This document shows, piece after piece, positions 7,035 through 14,014 of a stretch of 17,314 nt of DNA. A program made the position numbers and the translations under genes. This stretch comes from Anaerolineae bacterium (GTDB lineage: Bacteria; Chloroflexota; Anaerolineae; Epilineales; JAANWY01), in contig JBHHTZ010000021.1 in the NCBI GenBank assembly GCA_046753605.1, positions 1 through 17,314 of the forward strand, read 5' to 3'. The first letter of the stretch is position 1, and each line of letters starts with the position of its first letter. The notes under the pieces are model-generated. The model saw only the letters and a list, made by a program, of their open reading frames with translations. It did no database searches and had not been told where the DNA came from.

Positions 7035-8756
7035 CTACGGAGTCAGGCATACATCATGCAGGTTGATGCGGCTGTCCGAAGCCGGCTCCCAGTTCTGGAC
7101 ACGGATCGATGCAGCCTCGGCTTCCTCTGGCAGCACCAGGAACACCGCCGGCGTCTCTTCATAGACGATCTCCTGAGCTTCGTCGTAGATCTCGTGGCGC
7201 TTCGCCGGATCTGCTGTGGTCTCGCCTTCCTTGATGAGCTCGTTTACTCGCTCGTTGCTGTAGGTCGAGAAGTTTCCGCGACCGTAGGGCGTCCCTTCCA
7301 CGCGGCCGTGCCACTTGGCCTCGAAGTGGCCGACTGGATCAAAGGCCGAGTCGCCCCAGTTGTCCAGGTAGGCCATCCGCTCCCCGGCGAGCAGTTTCGG
7401 CTTCACCACACTGTACTCCCAGATGCGGACGCCGGCATCGATGCCCAGAGCCCGGAATTGGCCGGCCACCGCCTCTGTCAGAGTACGATGCAGCTCGATC
7501 GTATCGATCGTGAAGGCGAACGGCTGACCATCCTTGTCCAGGATACCATCGCCGTCCGAATCAGTCCAGCCGGCTTCCTCAAGCAGAGCCAGTGCTTTGT
7601 CTGGATCGTATGGGTACGGCTTCAGATCTTTATTGACGAAGTTGTTGAACGGCGACAGTGGCCCCGGGAGCGCCACCGCGCGCCCACCGTAGAGTTCATC
7701 AATGATGAGCTGTTTATCCACAGCGTAGTTCAGCGCCTGGCGAGCCCGTACGTCGTCGAAAGGCGGCCGGTTGACGTTCATCTCCATCCACCTGGGCTGG
7801 GTGCTCGGCGCTGTCTTCACCTGAATCCCGGGTGTCTGGGCCAGGGTATCAACCAGCTCCGGCGGCACCGCCTGGATGATGTCCACCTCGCCGGCTAGCA
7901 ACGCCGCGACGCGGGTCGACGCTTCGGGGATCACGCGGAAGACCGCACGCTCCGCACAGGCCGGTCCCACCGGCTCCAGGTCAGGTGACCCGCCGTAGTA
8001 GTCATCGAAGCGCTCCAGCACCACCTCTTCCAGACCCGACTTGGCAGAGACGAACTTGAACGGCCCGGTGCCTACGGGCTTCTCGATGAAACCTTTCGTA
8101 CCCACTTCCTCCAGGTAGTGCTTGGGCACGATCTGCTGATGCACGATGAGCTGCATGGCCGGCGGCCAGGGGCCGCTGAAATGCATCACTACGCTGTAGT
8201 CGCCCGTCTTCTCAACGGCCTCCAGGGGCGCGATGAGGCCCTTGCGCGGGGAGGTATGGGCCTCCGGGTACTCGATAGCGTTCTCCCGGATGATGCGGTT
8301 GAACGTGAACACCACGTCGTCAGCTGTCATCTCCGTGCCGTCGTGGAACCTGACACCCCTGCGGAGCTTGACCTCCAACGTCTGGTCGTCCAACCAGTTC
8401 ATCTCCTCCGCCAATTGCAGGTGGACGCCGCTGCGAGTGTCACGGGTGACCAGGCCGTCGAGCATGTTGCGGATCACCGTCTCCGATTGCCGGCTACGAT
8501 GATCAGCCGGGTCCAGCGACGTTGGAGCGGAAGCCAGGCCCACAACAATCGTCTGACGCCCCGGAACAGGAGTGGGCGTGACGACCTTCTCGACCTGCTC
8601 TTTCTCCTTAACCACCACCGTCTCTTTGACCACGACGGTTTCCTTAACAGTCTTCTCCTCGACGCGAACCTCTGGCGTCGGCTGCGCACAGGCACCGACC
8701 ACCAGGCCCAAGAGCAAAAAAACGGCCAGGATGATCAGGTTCTTTCGGTTGAACAT
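7035..8756 (-). CDS. ABC transporter substrate-binding lipoprotein, family 5 (peptide/opine/nickel type)
   Basis: 573 aa. Signal peptide plus lipobox (LLLGLVVGAC, Cys23). A repetitive linker VKETVVVKETVVVKEKEQVEKVV is coded at about 8580-8648. The mature domain has family-5 SBP character (TIVVGLASAPTSLDP.., FKFVS.., RPPFDDVRARQALNYAVDK.., WGDSAFDP). SD AAGGAGGAGG precedes the ATG. Confidence 0.85.
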   Translation of the reverse strand: MFNRKNLIILAVFLLLGLVVGACAQPTPEVRVEEKTVKETVVVKETVVVKEKEQVEKVVTPTPVPGRQTIVVGLASAPTSLDPADHRSRQSETVIRNMLDGLVTRDTRSGVHLQLAEEMNWLDDQTLEVKLRRGVRFHDGTEMTADDVVFTFNRIIRENAIEYPEAHTSPRKGLIAPLEAVEKTGDYSVVMHFSGPWPPAMQLIVHQQIVPKHYLEEVGTKGFIEKPVGTGPFKFVSAKSGLEEVVLERFDDYYGGSPDLEPVGPACAERAVFRVIPEASTRVAALLAGEVDIIQAVPPELVDTLAQTPGIQVKTAPSTQPRWMEMNVNRPPFDDVRARQALNYAVDKQLIIDELYGGRAVALPGPLSPFNNFVNKDLKPYPYDPDKALALLEEAGWTDSDGDGILDKDGQPFAFTIDTIELHRTLTEAVAGQFRALGIDAGVRIWEYSVVKPKLLAGERMAYLDNWGDSAFDPVGHFEAKWHGRVEGTPYGRGNFSTYSNERVNELIKEGETTADPAKRHEIYDEAQEIVYEETPAVFLVLPEEAEAASIRVQNWEPASDSRINLHDVCLTP

Positions 8757-8954
8757 ATCCTCCTCCTTGCTCGTTGCAATTCATGTGTAGACTGAACCAA
8801 GAGCGATCAGTGAACCGGCTGCAGACAGCGTTTCTTTTAGTTATCACCTCCTTTCTGTGTGGAGAGCGGAGATGCAGGGGTGCTGGGGTGAGAGGGAGAA
8901 CCTTCTCGCTTCCTGCCCCCCCGTGCTCCCTTGCACCCAGGCTCCCTGGCCCAA

Positions 8955-11900
8955 CTAGGCTGGCACCAACGCACGCTCATGTACCGAGACTTCCACATCG
9001 AGCGGCAGGAGCTCACGTTTCATGACCCGCAGCGCCTGCTCCGGATGCACCCGGCCATACAAACCACCCAGGATACCCACCAGGTACTTGGCATCCAGCA
9101 ACATCGGTCCCGTGGGCCGCAGGATGTGCGACTTCTCAGGATCATACAGCACGCCGCTGGCAATCAGTGCCAGATCTTCCTTGAAACCAGGTTCCCAATC
9201 CCGACACTTGTGATAAATCGTGCCGCCGATGAGCAGCACCGTCACGGGCTGGTTGAAGTAGTTCACGCCATACTGCAGGAAATACGTCTCCGTTTCGTCC
9301 ACCCGACCAACGTGCTTGCCCGTTGCCACGGCCATGATCTCCTTTGCCAGGAAGGACCGCGCGGCATTTTCCAACACCGTCTCCGGAACTCGGTGCGGGT
9401 TCTGAGTGAGCCAGCTCAGGTAGTTGTCCAAGTCCACCTGGTAGGTACCGTCGTAGCTGCGGACGAAGCGCCGAAACTGATCGTCGCCTGGACCGAAGTC
9501 GCTGGGGAAGCGGACAGCGAGGTAGCGACTCATTTCGCGCGCCATCGCATCATTCTGGAAGCGCTCCAACTCCTTCAGGTTCTCAGCATTGTAGCTCAGG
9601 CCATACTTGCCTTCCACGCGACGGTACACCAGCGGCACGTTCGGGGTCTTCAGGATTGTGCGCTTCACCCTGCGTCGATGATCCTCACCGGGATAGAGGT
9701 ACAGCGGGTTATCATCCACGTTAGAGTAGAAGTCCGTCGTCGCGCCACCGATGTCGAGGGCCACGATGTTACCCAGACCCTCTTCACCACCGTATCCCTG
9801 CGCCAGCAGGTTGATGCCCCGAAAAGTCGCTCGCGGGGTCGGCATGAACGGTGCATCCATATACTCCTCAACCACGTCGAAGCCCTTGCCTCGGATGATC
9901 ACCGTCTGGAAGAGCTCGCGGATGGCCTCGTTTACCACCTCGATGTGGAACTCGTTGATCTCGGGCATGATGTTGGGCGTCACGCGGATGTCCACATCGT
10001 GGTGGTGGAAGATATTCTCGATCTGCTCACGGATGTCCTGGTTGCCGGCGTAGATCACGGGTACGCCGTACTCGGTGTAGGCGACATACTTGGCCGCCTC
10101 AGCCAGCATGCGGGCGTTGTGGAGCTGTGTCCCGGTGTCGCCGCCCTGATCCGTGCCACCGGCCAAGAGAATGATCTCCGGCTCGTCAACTTCGTAGATG
10201 GCGCGCGCCTGCTCGGGTGTTAGCTTGCCTTCGTAGGTGCCCAAGAGCTTGGCGCCGGCCGTCAGCGCTGCCAACTCGGCCGCGAAGCCCGATTCCTCCT
10301 TCACCAGTGACACGGTCACCATCTTGAGGCCACCCTTCGCGCTGGAGCAAGGCAGACGCACCACGAACTCGCCCATCTTCTCCGCCAACGGCTGCCAGTC
10401 GCCACGCTCTTCACATGCCTCCAATACCCCTAGCCCATTGGCCAAACCGGCGCGGATGTCCTCAACCGTGGTGGGCACGTAGCGCAACTCGAAGATCTCG
10501 TCCTTGGTGTCGAAGATGCCAACCTTCGTATAGGTGCTGCCAAAGTCCACCACCAACACCTTCTCGTCCGCCAGACCGGTCACGCCGATTTGTTTGCGAA
10601 ACCTGGCCACGGTTTCGTCGTCGATCTCTTCGACCTCAGCGTCCTCCACGATAAAGGTGTCGTCATCGGCGCGCGTCACGTCTTTGTAGAAGTACCACGG
10701 ATAGCGCTCACGGACGAGGTCCACGCGTTCGAGCTCACTGCCGACTTTGATGCCGTCCCACTCGTCGATGCGACACATGCCGCCGACGACCTTGGTGCGG
10801 CAGGCGCCGGCCATCTCGTACCGCCGGTCGACGACCGTGATGTGTGGGCCCTGGAACAGGCCAATCTGCAACGCCAGGTCTAGCGTGTCAGCGCTGATCA
10901 GGCCGCAGGCCCCGGTCGGGTAGTTCGCCTCATCGATCAGGCTGAGCAACATGGTCTCGAAGTTCTTCCCTTCGACAAGCCGCCGTGGTGAGCCTGTCGA
11001 ACCATCAGGGCGTCGCCCAGGATCCTCTTCCGGCTCATGAGCCCACTCCCAAAAGTTCTCCGGTGTGACAGGGCCGTCATACCCGCCGAGGATGGCGCCA
11101 TGAAGCAAGTTGTACATGGCACCCTGCTTCAACTCCAGCTTGCGGTCCTTCAACACCGGATCATTCCAGATATCAGGCATGTGCCCTTTGACGAAATCCC
11201 AGCAAACCTGCTTCGTAATCTCGCAGGACTCGATGATGTCGTCGGCGCCAGCCTCGTGGTGGGCCTCGGAGTGGGTGACTACGTGCAAGATGTCGGGCTC
11301 CAGATAGAGCTGGGTGTAGATGCCAAAAGCGAGATGTCCTTTGGCCTCATTCAGATTAGGCGGGAAGCTGGGCAGTCCCGATCGTGTCTGTTTGATGATA
11401 CTGAAATCGAAGTGGCGTGTGAGAGGCTCGGCCAACTCGTAGGCCGCCTTCATCTTCGCCAGATCATCCAGCGCCGAGATTTCGGGCGGCAACTCGAACA
11501 TCATCTGCATCACGTAGTGCTTGACGCTCTTCTTCAGCGCGATGACGGCACAGAGGACATGGTCGGCAACCTGCATGTCGTCGCTGGCATAGCGCAGGCC
11601 CCACTGATGAGGGTCGTTGATCTCCACCGGCTTACCCTGTTCAGTCCACCATTCAATCGTGCGGAAATGTTCATCGAAAGAATCGCGGATGCTGATGGGG
11701 CCGCGCCCGTCCAGTTCGTTGTAGAAGAAGATAGGCACAGCCGGAAAAGCCATATTCAGATGCTCTTCCCACAGCTTGGCCAGCTCGATCAGCTCGTCGG
11801 TGCCAGTGTAGATACGGGTCAGGGGGTAGTTGCCCCGTTGCGAAGCAGCTTTCAGACGCTTCAGGTCTTCTATGGTGCGGATCGGCGCACCACCCTGGCC

Positions 11901-12761
11901 GGCTAGATACCTGTCAGGCTCCTCTTCGCCTCGGATGAACTTGGCGAGAAGCTCTTGCGAGGTCTGATCCGGAGCCAGAGAGACGATTTCGAGAGCGCCG
12001 GCATCGGACAGCTTCTCAATCGCCTTCACCGTGGGTTCGATGCTTTCATCAGCGATGCCGATGTGAGCGCGGATAATCGGACGGTTCTCCCGCTCACGCA
12101 CCTGGCGAATGCGCTCAACCAGGTAATCAGACCATTCAAGCTCCTTCGCCTCGTGGGCTGGCGGCACCCGATGAGCGAAGCGCTCCAGCTCCTCCATCGT
12201 CACGAAATCGTCCACTACGAGTTCGAAGAAGCCCTGGAAGTGCTCCTTGTCTTTGTACTCTTCAGCTACCTCATCCAGGTCAAAGTGCCTCTCGTCCTCG
12301 CGGACGAAGCGGTCCGGTTCCAGCGGTAGGCCGGTCATAGCTCGGACCACGTTGGCTGCCGGCCGCAATCCCCCGAAGGTGTAGCGAATGCCACTTTCCC
12401 GAGGGTGCAACCCGTGTTTGGTCGCCGATTCCACGAACTCAGTGATCAGCTTGTCCACGTGCAGGTCGCCCAGCCGCATGGACACACCGACGACCTCGGG
12501 GCGCGCTTCGCGGATCTTGTTGATGACTTCCTGGATCGGGACGGCTGGCCCCAGCTTAACAGTCACATAGCCCAAGCCCAGATCTTCCATCCACCCGGCA
12601 AAGTTTTCAACACCCAGATTGTGGACACATTTGCCGATGGCTCCTACCATGACCCGCCGCTTCGTGGTGAGCTCCGTCCCGAGCCCGTCGAGGGGCTTGT
12701 CGAACCGCTTGTGATCCGAATCTGGCGGCTTTTCTTCGGCCTTCTCGTTTGATAAATCCAT
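8955..12761 (-). CDS. Large fusion protein: B12-binding (GlmS/MutS-like) domain + GlmE/MutE-like TIM barrel + GlmL/MutL (glutamate mutase L, ASKHA reactivase-like) domain
   Basis: 1268 aa. ATG at 12761 with SD CAGGAGGT at a 9-nt spacing. (1) aa ~36-140: VMVGAIGKCVHNLGVENF..VVGVSMRLG..RYTFGGL has the layout of the cobalamin-binding Rossmann domain (DxHxxG...SxL...GG), with Cys at the Asp position. (2) aa ~205-695: RPIIRAHIGIADESIEPTVKAIEKLSDAGALEIVSLAPDQTSQ ... LTRIYTGTDELIE ... PVEINDPHQWG ... HVVTHSEAHHEAGADDIIES ... GLFQGPHITVVDRRYEMAGACRTKVVGGMCRIDEWDG parallels, as I recall it, clostridial GlmE (ITMAQPRAGV..ADFLPSTIDAYTRQ ... QARHGTPD ... INREPFGPLTG ... IVKTPHEAIGIPT ... [30 protein letters not shown]). 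(3) aa ~733-1268: KVLVVDFGSTYTKVGIFD ... CSSAKGGLKM ... IILLAGGTDQGGDTGTQLHNARMLA ... VIYAGNQ ... MPTPRA ... IVALDIGGATTDFYS closely follows GlmL/MutL (IDFGSTYTKV, ACSSAAGGLKM, ILLAGGTDGGN, VVAGNK, MPTP, VVDIGGATTD). Domain (3) is high confidence, domain (1) good, domain (2) moderate. Confidence 0.8.
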   Translation of the reverse strand: MDLSNEKAEEKPPDSDHKRFDKPLDGLGTELTTKRRVMVGAIGKCVHNLGVENFAGWMEDLGLGYVTVKLGPAVPIQEVINKIREARPEVVGVSMRLGDLHVDKLITEFVESATKHGLHPRESGIRYTFGGLRPAANVVRAMTGLPLEPDRFVREDERHFDLDEVAEEYKDKEHFQGFFELVVDDFVTMEELERFAHRVPPAHEAKELEWSDYLVERIRQVRERENRPIIRAHIGIADESIEPTVKAIEKLSDAGALEIVSLAPDQTSQELLAKFIRGEEEPDRYLAGQGGAPIRTIEDLKRLKAASQRGNYPLTRIYTGTDELIELAKLWEEHLNMAFPAVPIFFYNELDGRGPISIRDSFDEHFRTIEWWTEQGKPVEINDPHQWGLRYASDDMQVADHVLCAVIALKKSVKHYVMQMMFELPPEISALDDLAKMKAAYELAEPLTRHFDFSIIKQTRSGLPSFPPNLNEAKGHLAFGIYTQLYLEPDILHVVTHSEAHHEAGADDIIESCEITKQVCWDFVKGHMPDIWNDPVLKDRKLELKQGAMYNLLHGAILGGYDGPVTPENFWEWAHEPEEDPGRRPDGSTGSPRRLVEGKNFETMLLSLIDEANYPTGACGLISADTLDLALQIGLFQGPHITVVDRRYEMAGACRTKVVGGMCRIDEWDGIKVGSELERVDLVRERYPWYFYKDVTRADDDTFIVEDAEVEEIDDETVARFRKQIGVTGLADEKVLVVDFGSTYTKVGIFDTKDEIFELRYVPTTVEDIRAGLANGLGVLEACEERGDWQPLAEKMGEFVVRLPCSSAKGGLKMVTVSLVKEESGFAAELAALTAGAKLLGTYEGKLTPEQARAIYEVDEPEIILLAGGTDQGGDTGTQLHNARMLAEAAKYVAYTEYGVPVIYAGNQDIREQIENIFHHHDVDIRVTPNIMPEINEFHIEVVNEAIRELFQTVIIRGKGFDVVEEYMDAPFMPTPRATFRGINLLAQGYGGEEGLGNIVALDIGGATTDFYSNVDDNPLYLYPGEDHRRRVKRTILKTPNVPLVYRRVEGKYGLSYNAENLKELERFQNDAMAREMSRYLAVRFPSDFGPGDDQFRRFVRSYDGTYQVDLDNYLSWLTQNPHRVPETVLENAARSFLAKEIMAVATGKHVGRVDETETYFLQYGVNYFNQPVTVLLIGGTIYHKCRDWEPGFKEDLALIASGVLYDPEKSHILRPTGPMLLDAKYLVGILGGLYGRVHPEQALRVMKRELLPLDVEVSVHERALVPA
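10968..11021 (+). repeat. Dispersed palindromic repeat, copy B, lying in-frame inside the mutase-fusion CDS
   Basis: 10968-11009 is 42/42 identical to copy A, and similarity continues to about 11021 with 2-3 mismatches. On the coding (minus) strand these 54 nt are 18 codons, PGRRPDGSTGSPRRLVEG (aa 581-598). Confidence 0.9.
12664..12706 (-). repeat. Diverged repeat-family copy inside the N-terminal extension of the mutase-fusion CDS
   Basis: gtggtgagctccgtcccgagcccgtcgaggggcttgtcgaacc is about 79% identical (34/43 by hand) to 15285-15327. It shares cgtggtgagc and tgtcgaacc with the type-1 core. It is translated as RFDKPLDGLGTELTT (aa 19-33), upstream of the B12-domain start. Confidence 0.55.
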
Positions 12762-12802
12762 TACAAGATACCTCCTGTAGTGAGTAATGCATAGTGCGCG
12801 TT

Positions 12803-12813
12803 GCGTATTGCGT
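12803..12813. promoter_or_regulatory. GTATTGCGT motif copy upstream of the mutase-fusion gene
   Basis: gcGTATTGCGTga, 44-52 nt upstream of the ATG at 12761, within the 76-nt ODH/mutase intergenic region. Confidence 0.4.
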
Positions 12814-12814
12814 G

Positions 12815-12850
12815 ACGCATCAGACGATACTCACGCATCACGACGCATCA
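12815..12850. repeat. Three direct copies of ACGCATCA (TGATGCGT on the coding strand)
   Basis: Copies at 12815-12822, 12833-12840 and 12843-12850. The second overlaps the ODH stop codon. The third lies within the last ODH codons. Confidence 0.5.
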
Positions 12851-14013
12851 TAGACTAAGTCTTTCAGCTCGTAGAAACCATACCGCTGCGGCGCACGTGT
12901 GGCTGCCGCATCGCGGCCCTGCAACTTTCCGTCGACCAGATATTCCTTTTCAAGTTGCTCCTGTGCCCACGTGATGACCTGATCCATGGTTGGCGTTGCC
13001 ACACCGGCCAGCTCCGCGATGCTCCGTGTCACCACCAAGCCATAGGGCACATCTTCGGCCAGATAGCGGGCGTGAAAATCCGGCGCCAATCCGCCCTCGG
13101 CTGGGCGCATGGGGGCACGGAGGCCGGCATAGCTGCGGTTCGTCACAAAACAGCTCTGCAACGTAGTTGGATCAGCGATATCCTTGCCGTACGAGCGTCG
13201 TGCCCACTCATCCAGCGACCGCACAGCAGACAGATTGAGATCCGGGTAGTGGCGCTCCAAGACGGCACGCAACGTCTGGACTTCATCGCTCAGTTGCTGG
13301 AGGATGCCGGCTATGGTGGCGTTGATGCCCTGGTAGAAGGACGGTGCTTTGGCATAGGGCCGGCCATCCCAATCGTGGAACAGACCGTACATTATGCCGG
13401 GGTGAATGAGCTGCCCGGTGTTGGCCAGCGTGAGACCGAGAAGGCTTGCCGCATGTTGCAGGCGAATCCCCAACGGATCACTGAGCAACCCGGAGATTTT
13501 GCCGGCATAGGATGGCGGCAAAGCCGCCAGATCGACTTGCTTCTTGGTACCGAGGATTGTGACTTCCTCCCCATACATGTTGAGCCGGCAGGCCCACGGC
13601 AGCGTCTGCAAACCAAAGACGACGATGGACGCCGTCTTACCCCCCAGAACATCCTCCACACACCAGTCAAATCCGCCGCGAGCCGGCAGCGCTCCCAACC
13701 AAGCCCCGTCGTCGATGTAAGGAGCGATGTCGCGTAGAACGATCTCGTGCGCAAAGGCCGGCAAAGCCAACAACACGAGCCGCGAGCCCGGAATGACCTC
13801 CGCCGGATCGGCACTGATGCGAGCGGGCCGGCCCACGACACGACCACGTGGCATGACAGCGGTTACACCGCCTCGAGCTTCCATGGCCTGACGCCAGCGT
13901 TGAGTCTCGTCGCCGTACGGAGCGTACACGTTCACGGCCCAGTCGCGCCGGCCGGCTAACAAGCTGACCAGAGCGTGAGCTCCGTTCCCACCTCCACAGA
14001 CAGCAACTTGCAT
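12838..14013 (-). CDS. NAD(P)-dependent opine dehydrogenase (octopine/nopaline dehydrogenase family)
   Basis: 391 aa. N-terminal dinucleotide fold MQVAVCGGGNGAHAL. Central/C-terminal LANTGQLIHPGIMYGLFHDWDGRPY and FHARYLAEDVPYGLVV are characteristic of opine dehydrogenases. The ATG is 1 nt after the RpiR stop, with GGAG at -7. Confidence 0.8.
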   Translation of the reverse strand: MQVAVCGGGNGAHALVSLLAGRRDWAVNVYAPYGDETQRWRQAMEARGGVTAVMPRGRVVGRPARISADPAEVIPGSRLVLLALPAFAHEIVLRDIAPYIDDGAWLGALPARGGFDWCVEDVLGGKTASIVVFGLQTLPWACRLNMYGEEVTILGTKKQVDLAALPPSYAGKISGLLSDPLGIRLQHAASLLGLTLANTGQLIHPGIMYGLFHDWDGRPYAKAPSFYQGINATIAGILQQLSDEVQTLRAVLERHYPDLNLSAVRSLDEWARRSYGKDIADPTTLQSCFVTNRSYAGLRAPMRPAEGGLAPDFHARYLAEDVPYGLVVTRSIAELAGVATPTMDQVITWAQEQLEKEYLVDGKLQGRDAAATRAPQRYGFYELKDLVYDAS

Positions 14014-14014
14014 A

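Noticed and set aside
6631-7164. 177-aa ORF and several 60-80-aa ORFs in the SBP/permease gap
   Set aside because: They read straight through the palindromic repeats (for example IPSTSRRGEPVEPSGRR is the repeat translated) and into the antisense of the SBP gene. They have no SD and no protein-like composition.
8644-8847. 67-aa minus-strand ORF starting at a GTG embedded in GAAAGGAGGTG
   Set aside because: The SD-like AGGAGG directly abuts the GTG with no spacing. The ORF runs out of frame over the SBP signal peptide, and the sequence is not protein-like.
8757-8954. Possible cobalamin riboswitch upstream of the SBP gene (minus strand: AGGGAGCCUGGGUGCAAGGGAGCAC...)
   Set aside because: Only a loose resemblance to the AGGGAA..GGUG..AA segment. 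I could find neither a B12 box (AGYCMGGAGACCKGCC-like) nor a GCCACUG element. Without those it should not be called.
8931-10223. 430-aa plus-strand ORF. Similar long plus-strand ORFs occur at 7056..7898, 8118..8795, 11037..11906, 12955..13737 and 15253..16386.
   Set aside because: All lie antisense to minus-strand genes with clear family motifs. Their translations are Arg/His/Val/Leu-rich with no recognisable motifs, which is typical of shadow ORFs in high-GC DNA.
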